Assembly: GCF_000181795.1 (NCBI RefSeq)
Contig: NW_003526944.1
Location: forward strand, 4,316,936-4,380,935
Direction: 5' to 3'
DNA from: Trichinella spiralis
Taxonomy: Eukaryota
Length of the DNA: 64,000 nt
How positions within the stretch are numbered: position 1 is the stretch's first letter; every line of letters starts with the position of its first letter. Below are positions 1 through 12,329 of the stretch, in pieces. The notes under the pieces are model-generated. The model made no database searches and was not told the DNA's origin. It saw nothing but the letters and a program-made list of their open reading frames with translations. The position numbers and the translations under genes were made by a program.

Positions 1-413
1 GCGATCGAAACTTACTTTTATTATTTTATGATCTTCTTTGACTTATCGGTTTTCATGTTTTGTTTATGGCTTACATCGTTATTATTCTGCAAATCATAAT
101 TAATTGATGATAAATAATGCTTAACGTTTCAAAATAACCTAATTGTTTTAGTTTTAAATAAAATTTTGTAAATGTAGTTTTCGTTTTCCGATTCACATAG
201 AATATTGAGCGTGTGAACATAAATCAAGAAACAAAGCCTATTTGCACATTGGTGATTTGATATAATAAAATGAAATTTGCAAGAGACGACTGTAATGGCT
301 TTAATGGGTGAAGCAATCTCTGGAATAATGAATAATGCATGGTGTTGTTTGGAGAAAAAAGAAGAGAAAAAACAACACGAAAACAAGGAAAATAAATATG
401 ACTTATGGCAGAG

Positions 414-672
414 TTAGCTGATGAGCCGGTGGGTGAAACTTCTCCACGGGCGTGGCAGTTCATTTTTCATACGGTAATAACTAGGCTGGTAGAGAGGTTC
501 GAATTCTCTGAGCTCGCGACGTCTGCGCGTTTCAGAATTGGTCGGTGTGAGCCAATATTTCACCAACGCGCTCGACGTCATGCACCTCTTCTTGTACAAA
601 TCTACAGCGTCGTCCACGTCCATGTGATGCACGTATGTCCGTCCACGTCCACGTATTATAAGTTGGCAATTT
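414..672 (-). CDS. Isolated terminal coding exon of a nematode S/R/Y-rich protein family (…RTYVHHMDVDDAVDLYKKRCMTSSALVKYWLTP…); upstream exons not found in the window
   Basis: GC-richer open frame in AT-rich DNA, ending at TAA 416-414; possible acceptor AG at 674-673. The VDDAVDxYKKRCMT…YWLxP motif resembles a conserved nematode protein C-terminus as I recall it (not verified by search). Confidence 0.6.
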
Positions 673-1747
673 CTTTGTAAGGTAGATTTTCTTATTGATA
701 CTGATGAAATTGATTGAAATTATTGACGAAAATAGATATTGAGAATGTTCATGTTTAACAACAGTCTGTTAAAGTGTTTAGATTTTATAGTATTTAAACA
801 TATTATGAACGAATTATTATTAAGAAGTGAAATACATAATTATGAAAATGAGCTTCTGCCTGAAGTTGAAATTTTCATATCCCATATTTTGTTCAGATGC
901 TATGAGAATTTATTGTTCAGAAGCAATTTGAATTCAACGTTGAATATGAACCTTTTGCGCACACCATGCAAATCAGCGTTGTTTAAAAATCGTTTCTTTG
1001 GTAACACTTTTTGTTTATTCAACATATAACCGGTCCAACTGTGTAATATTTTATTGATTTTTTGAAGAACAAAATCGCGTAATATTTTTTCCAACGATCA
1101 TGACTAAATTGTAATTTTTTTTTTCATTTCGATAATTGAATAAATTCAGTTTAATGAAATTCAATTATTGTAAGTTAATATTATCGATGACATGGAGTGT
1201 AGTGACATAAATTAAAAGTATAAAGATGATTTATAAAACTATGAAACCTTTTTTTGTATGAAATACATTTATTCATTTTCATTTTGCATATTTTATAACA
1301 CGATGTGAACAATGTCATGTAATATTGAGAGAAAATAATTTTCACTATTGGCTGATTTTTGCTGATGGAATTTTCTCCCAAATTTTATACAATACTTTAA
1401 TTTAACTTTACAGCTGTTTACAAGCTTTACAGTTTAACTGAAATAAATTACAGCAATAATAATATTAGTCAGCAACACGTATGTAAATTTTTTACAAACA
1501 TTTCGATATTTTAGTTTTTATATTTTCACTCTGCTGTTCATAAAAAGCCTTATCAAAAGCAAAACTGTGTTTTTATGATAATAATAATTTCAAATATGAA
1601 AGAAAGGAATTGTAATATATCTAAATGGTAATTATTTAAAGAAAAATATAAAATTCTAAACAAATAGATTAGAAATAGAAAATTAATTGGTAATAATAAT
1701 TTGCATAGTATTAATTATAAATATAAAAAATATTTTATTGGAATTGG

Positions 1748-4700
1748 CAGTGGAGACGTCCGCATGTTCGTATTCCACTGATGGTTGTTGTGTTGATTTG
1801 AGTATCGCCAGTGCTTATGGTTGCTATTATTGTAGTCTAAAAATAGCAATGAGCCGGAAGGCGATCAGCGTCATGGCTCCCAAACTGCCATGGATAGAGG
1901 CTGAAAACTGTCTTATTCTCGAATGTTTCAGATAAATTTCATACAGATGATTGCAAAAATCATATATTTAAATAATGAAATGAAATATTTTTATTTTCAT
2001 GCTGTACGTAAATTTAAATTTTCATTGTGCAATGAATTTTTTTAACATGGTGTTTCTTTTTTAAAGATCTTGTATTTGAGCAAATTTATTAAAAGTAAAA
2101 AATAAATGTCGCGAATAATATTCATTTTGCCTAATTATGAATATGAAAATTATTTCATCCCAAATGGCAGTCGAAATATACGCTTGTTCGTATTTCACTG
2201 GTCTTTGATTTGCTGGTTTGTGCATAATTGGTAGGTAGATATGCAGCTTTGTAATCAGATGGATCCGCTGCTGTTGTTTTTTTGTACAGTTATTTGATCT
2301 GCAAGTTTTTGCACAATTACAAAGTGAACATATTATCCGGCAACCAGTAGCCAATCTGCAAGCAGTACAGAATTGTCAGATTACTGTATATGGAGCGTAT
2401 GTATTAAAAATGAAAAATAAATGGCCATAATAAAATAATATTTGGGATTTATTATAAATAGAATGATTATTTCATAATCGTTGGCAGTGGTAACGTCCGC
2501 TTGTTCGTATTCCACTGTAGGTTGATTTGTTGGATTGTGCTCTCTTGTAATGAGGAACGTTTGCGCATTATCCATGCTAGATAATCAAAAGGGCTGGTTT
2601 GCAATATGAGGCCCAGGATACTGCAAAATTAAGAATGATATGTATCTATCACCTTTTAACAGCATCTCAAATGTACAATACAGAACAGCAAATATCATAA
2701 GTTAATAATAAAATGCAATCGTTTTATTTTCATGAAGCATTCGAATTTAAATTATGCTTTTGATTCAGAAATTCATTTTTTGGCAAATATTTGTTTTTTC
2801 AGAAATATTCTTTACTTCATTTGATTGTATTTCTTTTGCTTCAGTGTACTGTGAAAAGGATCGTCCATAAATTGAAATAATCCAAATAATTTCCGGTCCG
2901 GATTTGTTGAAAATTCCAAAATACTCAGCATCCACTGTTTTCACTTATTTTATCCATATCTCGTCTACTTTGTTACATTGCTGTTTTCGAATTTGCATAT
3001 GTTGTGTGGCATTTTCATTTATAGTTGTGCATATAAATCAGGTTTGAACAGCAGATGTTACAACTGCTGGCAGCATTTTAGAAGCTTTGAAATGCTCAAA
3101 TCAGGCAGTTTCCGTCTCCCGTTTTCTTTTCGATTAGAAAATTCATTTTTTGATAAATATTTCTCTTTCGAATTAGTTGTATTCAAACATATGCATTAAA
3201 AATAAAAAATAAATGTCCATAATAAAATAATGTTAAGGATTTATTATAAATAGAAAAATTACTTTTATAGTGATTGGCAGTGGTAACGGCCGCTGGTTCG
3301 TATTCCACTGTAGGTTGATTTGCTGGATTGTGCTCTCTTGCAATAAGAGAATAAAGAATTTCGGAGTCCACATCATCAAGGGCTTGTCTGCTATATGAGG
3401 CCCTAAATGCTGGAAATAGAAGATTTAAAATTGGCCGATTACTTTTTCTCAGCATCTCAAATGTACAATACAGAACAACAAATATCATAAGTTAATAATA
3501 GAATGCGATGGTTTTATTTTCATGAAGCATTCGAATTTAAATTATGGTTTTGAGTGTAATATTCATTTTTTTCAAATATTTGTTTTTTTAAAATATTTTT
3601 TACTTCTTTTGATTGTTGTTTTTTTGTTTCAGTTTTACAATCATTCATAAATTGAAAGAATCTGTAAGAATCACAGTATTCAATTGTTCAAAATTATAGA
3701 ATATTCAACATCCATTGTTTTGACTCATTTCTTTTTTACATCATCCACTTTATTACGTTGTGTGGTATTATTCATCAATTACAAACTTTGCGAAACTTTA
3801 CAACATCAATTATTACATTATTCCTGAACAATAAATTTCATTGAATTGCTCAAAAAGTCATATTAGATGAAGTTTTGTACAAATATTAAAAGTTCAGGCA
3901 AGTAATAAGCGACAGCTGCGAAGTGAACAAACGTCAACTTGTTTACCAGAATTTTCATGCAAATTTTTGATCGTGGAATGGACGTAAATTTTCTAGTAAA
4001 CAAGTCCTACTGTGGCTGCTCTGCAGCACGCTGTGTAAACAAATACTTTTACGACTTTCAGTATAAAACCCCACCGAAAAGTTCATATAAGTTGAAAATT
4101 TACAATATTAAATATTTTGTTCTTCTCGACTGGAGAAAACCATTGAATTCCTCAAGAAAAGCAATTCAAACGAAGTATTTTTTTTATAGATGCAATTATA
4201 TCATCGTTTTTCATCAAATCTTTTGATTATATCATCATTATCATCAAAAAACTTTTCATTTATATGCAGTTGAAGGTTGAAATTATTAACATTTTAACTT
4301 TTTTATTTTGCGCAGTTATCCTGGTAGTGTAATTGTAGAATTAGCTCAGTTTTTCAATTTACATTTTACATTTGCACATGGCGTTGAATTTCCATGTAAA
4401 TTCAACTGATATAATATCACTAAGCGCCAATTTATTTATGTTATTCATGTAAGAAAAATTATTGTTTTCCATACGATATATTATTTAACATGATTATCAT
4501 TTTATATTAATTTTACATTGTACATCATAAAAGAGTTTTTCTCTGGATAATTTTGTTTGTCAGAATGCGCAGCCATATACTTTTTATGTTTTTGCAATAA
4601 GTTTTATTTATGTAGGTCATTTTTGAATTTTCAAATCCCAAGTTAAGACATGCGGAGGCGTGTTTTGTCTAAGACAATGCTTATGTTATGGCGTATTTTT

Positions 4701-6157
4701 GTCAGATAGTTTATATTTTGACGTATAATTTGTCATTCTATTTGTCCCGTTTCCTCAAAGCATCATTATTTCTGGTTTTTTGCTAGCCAGCTTATAATAT
4801 TAAATGAGCATGCATTTTATTTCTTATATTTATATTATTTCTAGTATTTAGAATATGCGTGATAATAAAGATCAAATGAGAGTTTCTTTTATAAGAAGTG
4901 TTTCTATATTTGGCAAAGTTACAATTAAATTTTCTTTTCAAACAGAATGCATTAGTTAAGTAAATAAACGCAATGAAAAATATGCACTAGTCTCATTTAT
5001 CAGCAGAAATGAATAAAATAAAAATTTGCATGCGAGGTCGTTCGCCTTATTGACATATTGGAAATAATTTTAGTTTGAGGCCGTCCGTGGATAGAAGCAC
5101 TGCGTTTGGATTGGAAAATTCACTGAAGACCAATATCAAATGCCAAACATTAGATTTGATTTTTATTCATTACTATTTTTTGGAATAATTTTTGAAAATA
5201 ATATTTCAATGACATCCTACCAGTATGACATCAACATGAAGAGACGATGCATTTTGCCGTAAGTGGCCAGTTTTTCATTTTTNNNNNNNNNNTTTATTAT
5301 AAATAGAATGATTATTTCATAATCGTTGGCAGTGGCCCACGTCCCGCTTGTTCGTATTCCACTGTAGGTTGATTTGTTGGATTGTGCTCTCTTGTAATGA
5401 GGAACGTTTGCGCATTATCCATGCTAGATAATCAAAAGGGCTGGTTTGCAATATGAGGCCCAGGATACTGCAAAATTAAGAATGATATGTATCTATCACC
5501 TTTTAACAGCATCTCAAATGTACAATACAGAACAGCAAATATCATAAGTTAATAATAAAATGCAATCGTTTTATTTTCATGAAGCATTCGAATTTAAATT
5601 ATGCTTTTGATTCAGAAATTCATTTTTTGGCAAATATTTGTTTTTTCAGAAATATTCTTTACTTCATTTGATTGTATTTCTTTTGCTTCAGTGTACTGTG
5701 AAAAGGATCGTCCATAAATTGAAATAATCCAAATAATTTCCGGTCCGGATTTGTTGAAAATTCCAAAATACTCAGCATCCACTGTTTTCACTTATTTTAT
5801 CCATATCTCGTCTACTTTGTTACATTGCTGTTTTCGAATTTGCATATGTTGTGTGGCATTTTCATTTATAGTTGTGCATATAAATCAGGTTTGAACAGCA
5901 GATGTTACAACTGCTGGCAGCATTTTAGAAGCTTTGAAATGCTCAAATCAGGCAGTTTCCGTCTCCCGTTTTCATTTCGATAAGAAAATTCATTTTTTGA
6001 TAAATATTTCTCTTTTGAATTAGTTGTATTCAAACATATGCATTAAAAATAAAAAATAAATGTCCATAATAAAATAATGTTTACTTTTTATTATAAATAG
6101 AAAAATTACTTTTATAGTGATTGGCAGTGGTAACGGCCGCTGGTTCGTATTCCACTG
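1748..6157 (-). repeat. Left cluster (6 copies) of the CAGTG-N23-CACTG stem-loop cassette
   Basis: Copies at 1748-1780, 2168-2200, 2485-2517, 3278-3310, 5330-5364 (next to a gap, 35 nt) and 6125-6157. Each is flanked by GGTTGATTTGYTGGATTGTGC-like sequence and an AT-rich box. Strand is assigned only relative to the right cluster. Confidence 0.85.
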
Positions 6158-8134
6158 TAGGTTGATTTGCTGGATTGTGCTCTCTTGCAATAAGAGAATA
6201 AAGAATTTCGGAGTCCACATCATCAAGGGCTTGTCTGCTATATGAGGCCCTAAATGCTGGAAATAGAAGATTTAAAATTGGCCGATTACTTTTTCTCAGC
6301 ATCTCAAATGTACAATACAGAACAACAAATATCATAAGTTAATAATAGAATGCGATGGTTTTATTTTCATGAAGCATTCGAATTTAAATTATGGTTTTGA
6401 GTGTAATATTCATTTTTTTCAAATATTTGTTTTTTTAAAATATTTTTTACTTCTTTTGATTGTTGTTTTTTTGTTTCAGTTTTACAATCATTCATAAATT
6501 GAAAGAATCTGTAAGAATCACAGTATTCAATTGTTCAAAATTATAGAATATTCAACATCCATTGTTTTGACTCATTTCTTTTTTACATCATCCACTTTAT
6601 TACGTTGTGTGGGTATTATTCATCAATTACAAACTTTGCGAAACTTTACAACATCAATTATTACATTATTCTTGAACAATAAATTTCATTGAATTGCTCA
6701 AAAAAGTCATATTAGATGAAGTTTTGTACATATATTTAAAGTTCAGGCAAGTAGTAAGCGACAGCTGCGAAGTGAACAAACTTCAACTTGTTTACCAGAA
6801 TTTTCATGCAAATTTTTGATCGTGGACTGGACGTAAATTTTCTAGTAAACAAGTCCTACTGTGGCTGCTCTGCAGTACGCTGTGTAAACAAATACTTTTA
6901 CGACTTTCAGTATAAAACCCCACCGAAAAGTTTATATAAGTTGAAAATTTACAATATTAAATATTTTGTTCTTCTCGACTGGAGAAAACCATTGAATTCC
7001 TCAAGAAAAGCAATTCAAACGAAGTATTTTTTTTATAGATGCAATTATATCATCATTTTTCATCAAATCTTTTGATTATATCATCATTATCATCAAAAAA
7101 CTTTTCATTTATATGCAGTTGAAGGTTGAAATTATTAACATTTTAACTTTTTTATTTTGCGCAGTTATCCTGGTAGTGTAACAGTAGAATTAGCTCAGTT
7201 TTTCAATTTACACTTTACATTTGCACATGGCGTTGAATTTCCATGTAAATTCAACTGATTTCAAATCACTAAGCGCCAATTTATTGCTGTTATTCATGAA
7301 AGAAAAATTATTGTTTTCCATACGATAAATTATTTAACATGATTATCATTTTATATTAATTTTGCATTGTACATCATAAAAGAGTTTTTCTCTGGATAAT
7401 TTTGTTTGTCAGAATGCGCAGCCATATACTTTTTATGTTTTTGCAATAAGTTTTATTTATGTAGGTCATTTTTGAATTTTCAAATCCCAAGTTAAGACAT
7501 GCGGAGGCGTGTTTTATCTAAGACAATGCTTATGTTATGGCGTATTTTTGTCAGATAGTTTATATTTTGACGTATAATTTGTCATTCTATTTGTCCTGTT
7601 TCCTCAAAGCATCATTATTTCTGGTTTTTTGCTAGCCAGCTTATAATATTAAATGAGCATGCATTTTATTTCTTATATTTATATTATTTCTAGTATTTAG
7701 AATATGCGTGATAATAAAGATCAAATGAGAGTTTCTTTTATAAGAAGTGTTTCTATATTTGGCAAAGTTACAATTAAATTTTCTTTTCAAACAGAATGCA
7801 TTAGTTAAGTAAATAAACGCAATGAAAAATATGCACTAGTCTCATTTATCAGCAGAAATGAATAAAATAAAAATTTGCATGCGAGGTCGTTCGCCTTATT
7901 GACATATTGGAAATAATTTTAGTTTGAGGCCGTCCGTGGATAGAAGCACTGCGTTTGGATTGGAAAATTCACTGAAGACCAATATCAAATGCCAAACATT
8001 AGATTTGATTTTTATTCATTACTATTTTTTGGAATAATTTTTGAAAAATAATATTTCAATGAACATCATAACAGTATGAACATCAACAATGAGAAGACGA
8101 TGCATTTTGCCGTAAGTGGCAGTTTTTCATTTTT
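2448..8134 (+). repeat. Near-identical direct tandem duplication of ~2.84 kb (2448-5282 repeated as 5293-8134), separated by a 10-N gap
   Basis: The two copies match almost letter for letter; ORFs 3939-4226 and 6788-7075 differ at only a few residues. Confidence 0.95.
4611..4755 (+). repeat. Dispersed ~140-bp repeat, possibly a DNA-transposon (MULE-like) terminal fragment; other copies ~7460-7603, ~8445-8503 (partial), ~9345-9420 and inverted ~28505-28630
   Basis: Shared TGTAGGTCATTTTTGAATTTTCAAAT…AGACATG…GCGTGTTTTG with iterated TTTTGTC-like submotifs. The transposon class is inference. Confidence 0.5.
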
Positions 8135-9557
8135 AAGTTGTAATCAATTAGCAGTGCAATTTAGAATCGATATTGAGCATAATTTCTCAATATATTCTCT
8201 ATGAAGAATTTTCAACATGAGATGATAAGTGACTTAACAAACGCCAAATTTCCGTACAATTAAGTGTGATTAAATACATCCTCTACGTATTGTTTATCTG
8301 TTCTTAAAATATGGCCTTTCGAAAATTACCTTTGCAGTAGCTAACATGCACTTTCAATTGACCATAAGCAAGCTTTTGCTCGCAAATTTTTCACTTGAAA
8401 TTAGATTCATTTGAGCTACTTGGTTTTCTGACTTTATAAATTTTCAGACATGCATAAGTGTGTTTTGTCTAAGTCAATTTTGTTTTGTTATGGGCGTTTT
8501 TTGNNNNNNNNNNTTTCTTCTGCTCATATTATGGCTTAGGTTAGACTTTATCTTCAGCCCAAAGTTCTAACGCACTAAAAACCGGTTTCTAACGCTGCAT
8601 TATGCAAATAACTATCGCTATAACGCTGCCTTATCATTAGTAAGGTTGCGTTTGTTTGTTTAATTTACGTGGCGATTGGTAGCACCGTTGAACGTTCGCT
8701 GAGTTCATTGTAGCGTTAAGTAGCTGTTGAAGTCGGTTTGCAGAATTACTAACAAGTATTCCACTTTTCTACTTGTTATTTTTTTAAACTTTGTATACCC
8801 ATTTTGTAAACAATTACTTTTTAATTAGATAGCAGTTAATTATTATAGTTGTAATTCTAATTTGTGATAAAGCGAGGACAATTTTGATTTAATATCATTA
8901 TTACAGGTTTAAAGAATGGTGCAAAGAAAAAGTACCAAAGCGTACGGCACGAAGCAAATCACAGACGGCCCAAAGCGGAACAAGAGAAGACAAGAGGTAA
9001 ATGCGATTTCTTGTGTGTACTGATTCTGTGAAGCAGGGCTAAGGATCCTTCGAAAGGGTGAAATTATTTGTTGGTTTAATTAAATTACCTTAGTAATATA
9101 TGAGAAAGATATTTTTCACTGTAAAACTGTACTTTTTCATTTTCATATTAACAGGGAAGACTTCATCTTTAGAAAGATTGAAAGTTAATTTAGTAAATTA
9201 AAACTTTATTTTATTTTCTTCAAAGTTCGCATCATCAGAGATATATGGTACATTACTTTTTTTGTTTGATTAACATTGTTTGTCAGCGTACGCAGCCAGT
9301 GTGCTACTATTTTAGTGAAAAGATTTTGCGATTAGTTCCATTTATGTAGGTCATTTTTGAATTTTCAAATGTGAAATTCAGACATGGGGAAGCGTGTTTT
9401 GACTTAGTCAACTTTTTTAATATGGCGGTGTAAATTTAAATGTGCATTTGGATTCCTTTTTTTAGTAAATTGAAATTTGATAAAGCGAGAAAATTTTTGA
9501 TTTATTATTTAGCATTTTTACAGATATGACCAATGAAGAAAAGAGAAAGTGAAAACC

Positions 9558-9662
9558 GGGCGACACGAAGCAGATCGAGGACGACACGAAGCAGATCGCG
9601 GACGACACGTAGCAGATCGAGGACGACACGAAGCAGATCGAGGACCACACGAAGCAGAGCAA
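9558..9662 (+). repeat. 21-bp minisatellite, 5 units (GGACGACACGAAGCAGATCGA), reading GRHEADR in one frame
   Basis: Units start at 9558, 9579, 9600, 9621 and 9642. An unexpanded paralog lies at ~8908-9080 and an inverted one at ~27295-27430. Confidence 0.9.
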
Positions 9663-10529
9663 GAGAAGACAAAGTTCCTGGGACCCCAATTCTGTAGGTC
9701 TGGGATTGGGATACTTCGAAGGGCGAAGTTATCCCATAGTTGTAATTAAGTTAACGACCAACCTACATGGCTGAGTTTTGAATTAATGCAGTACTTGGTC
9801 TTTCACGCAGCAAAATTTATGTATGCAACTGCTTTCATGTGTCGAAATAATTTTTGATTTTTGTTCATTTTGTAATTTTTGTTTTTCCTTTTTTACATAG
9901 TTTAAATTCTGAAGCAATTCCAAAGCAAATTATTTTTATTTTATTTTTCTTTTTAAAATTTTTTCTCTTTCACTCAATCTTTATTTTTCTTCACTTTATT
10001 CATTTTATTGAATTTTCAATTTCTTCCATTATTTCTTTTGACTCTTTTTTATTTTTACGTTTTTTCCTTCTCTATATTGTACATTTTATTTTTTTTAATT
10101 TATTTCTTCAAATATCTTTTCTCAGATTCTTTCATTTTGTGTTTGACTTTGTAAAATCTCTGACACATGAAAATCTTTGCATACAAATAAGTAAACACGT
10201 AATAAACCATGGAAAAATAATCCACATGAAGAAGAAAGAAGACAAGTGGAGAAAGGCAAGATCGGTGAAAGGTTGTGGATAGGTTGGATCGGATCGTTTG
10301 TTGGTCAGTTGCGTTCGTTGGTCAATTCCGTTCGTTGTTCAAGTGAGGTAAGTATAGGCACGTTGGAGAAGATAGATACGATTTGGCAAAGTCGAGTGTG
10401 GAAAGCTTCTTCATTACAAAGACCCAATACACAGACGTAACCAAAGACCAATACTGCGTTATTTCTTACGATGACGCTCATGTACGATTAGTTAAAAGGA
10501 AAAACATGTTTGCCATACTAGTTGCCAGC

Positions 10530-11478
10530 NNNNNNNNNNNNNNNNNNNNNNNNNNNNNNNNNNNNNNNNNNNNNNNNNNNNNNNNNNNNNNNNNNNNNNN
10601 NNNNNNNNNNNNNNNNNNNNNNNNNNNNNNNNNNNNNNNNNNNNNNNNNNNNNNNNNNNNNNNNNNNNNNNNNNNNNNNNNNNNNNNNNNNNNNNNNNNN
10701 NNNNNNNNNNNNNNNNNNNNNNNNNNNNNNNNNNNNNNNNNNNNNNNNNNNNNNNNNNNNNNNNNNNNNNNNNNNNNNNNNNNNNNNNNNNNNNNNNNNN
10801 NNNNNNNNNNNNNNNNNNNNNNNNNNNNNNNNNNNNNNNNNNNNNNNNNNNNNNNNNNNNNNNNNNNNNNNNNNNNNNNNNNNNNNNNNNNNNNNNNNNN
10901 NNNNNNNNNNNNNNNNNNNNNNNNNNNNNNNNNNNNNNNNNNNNNNNNNNNNNNNNNNNNNNNNNNNNNNNNNNNNNNNNNNNNNNNNNNNNNNNNNNNN
11001 NNNNNNNNNNNNNNNNNNNNNNNNNNNNNNNNNNNNNNNNNNNNNNNNNNNNNNNNNNNNNNNNNNNNNNNNNNNNNNNNNNNNNNNNNNNNNNNNNNNN
11101 NNNNNNNNNNNNNNNNNNNNNNNNNNNNNNNNNNNNNNNNNNNNNNNNNNNNNNNNNNNNNNNNNNNNNNNNNNNNNNNNNNNNNNNNNNNNNNNNNNNN
11201 NNNNNNNNNNNNNNNNNNNNNNNNNNNNNNNNNNNNNNNNNNNNNNNNNNNNNNNNNNNNNNNNNNNNNNNNNNNNNNNNNNNNNNNNNNNNNNNNNNNN
11301 NNNNNNNNNNNNNNNNNNNNNNNNNNNNNNNNNNNNNNNNNNNNNNNNNNNNNNNNNNNNNNNNNNNNNNNNNNNNNNNNNNNNNNNNNNNNNNNNNNNN
11401 NNNNNNNNNNNNNNNNNNNNNNNNNNNNNNNNNNNNNNNNNNNNNNNNNNNNNNNNNNNNNNNNNNNNNNNNNNNNNN
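10530..11478. other. Assembly gap (949 N); smaller gaps at 5283-5292 and 8504-8513
   Basis: Runs of N. Confidence 1.
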
Positions 11479-12329
11479 CCTGCTTTAATATGTAGTTACA
11501 AGTGACGTTATTATGCCTAATTATAAAATATTATGAACGAATTTTGTGTTTACATTGTATGTTAATCATTTATTAAAAACTCTCACTGCTGAAATATGTT
11601 GTTACGAGTGACGTTATTTAAGCTAATTAAAAATTAAAATACTCAGTGCTGTATTTACGTTGCATTTTAAAATTTCTAATTAGCATATTAAAATTAATCT
11701 CATATTTAATATTTTGTTTTCCTACATGTTACGGATTAATAACAAGTCTATTTATGGTAAATTAATTCCTATTTAAAGAGAGATTAAACTTGTTGCACCT
11801 TGTCTTAGCTAATTGTTTATTTCATTTATACGAAGTTTACTTTTGCCACTGCCTAATTTAAGGAGACCCCGATTAACATTTTTATAAGTAAAAAATTTAT
11901 ATTCAAACAATAGATAATTCACCAATAATTAATAAATAAAATTATGCTAATTAAATGTTTACCATATTACATCCCTTTTAACTGCTTACATTACACTGTT
12001 TTAAAGTAGAAATCTACTTTGATATTACATTCTTTAATGTAAAAAACTGCTTTACACTAATCATATATTATTATCAGTATAAAATTAATGAATAATTAAA
12101 ATCTTTTATAAGATGAAATGTAAATAATGAAAAATTGATAAACTTTTATGAAATTATTGAAATAATTATTGAATTTCCCCAATTATTAGATGAATGAAAA
12201 TTATATTTTATGTATCATTTAAATTCCTAAATAAATAAATTAATGTATAAAATTTTAACAAATTTAAGCATTACTTAGCATGATTATATGGGAAAACTCT
12301 CGATGGAGATTAATTTCTAATGTATAATG

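Larger units (their letters stand above)
740..9750 (+). repeat. Left arm of a shuffled inverted segmental duplication (partner 27290-31210)
   Basis: Reverse-complement block matches seen by eye: ~740-1080 vs ~30870-31205, ~1460-2010 vs ~30016-30590, ~2740-3220 vs ~29030-29510, ~4610-4740 vs ~28500-28630, ~9640-9750 vs ~27295-27430. Confidence 0.85.

Noticed and set aside
405..680. Plus-strand 91-aa ORF
   Set aside because: Probably the antisense shadow of the minus-strand exon, which carries the recognisable motif.
3900..4226. Duplicated 95-aa ORF as a gene or FLYWCH remnant
   Set aside because: TTG start, weak motif similarity, and it is conserved only because the duplication is recent.
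9854..10282. 142-aa Phe/Ile-rich ORF
   Set aside because: Product of low-complexity T-rich DNA, with no domain features.
10383..11505. Long ORFs of 370 and 327 aa
   Set aside because: Artefacts of translating through the N gap.
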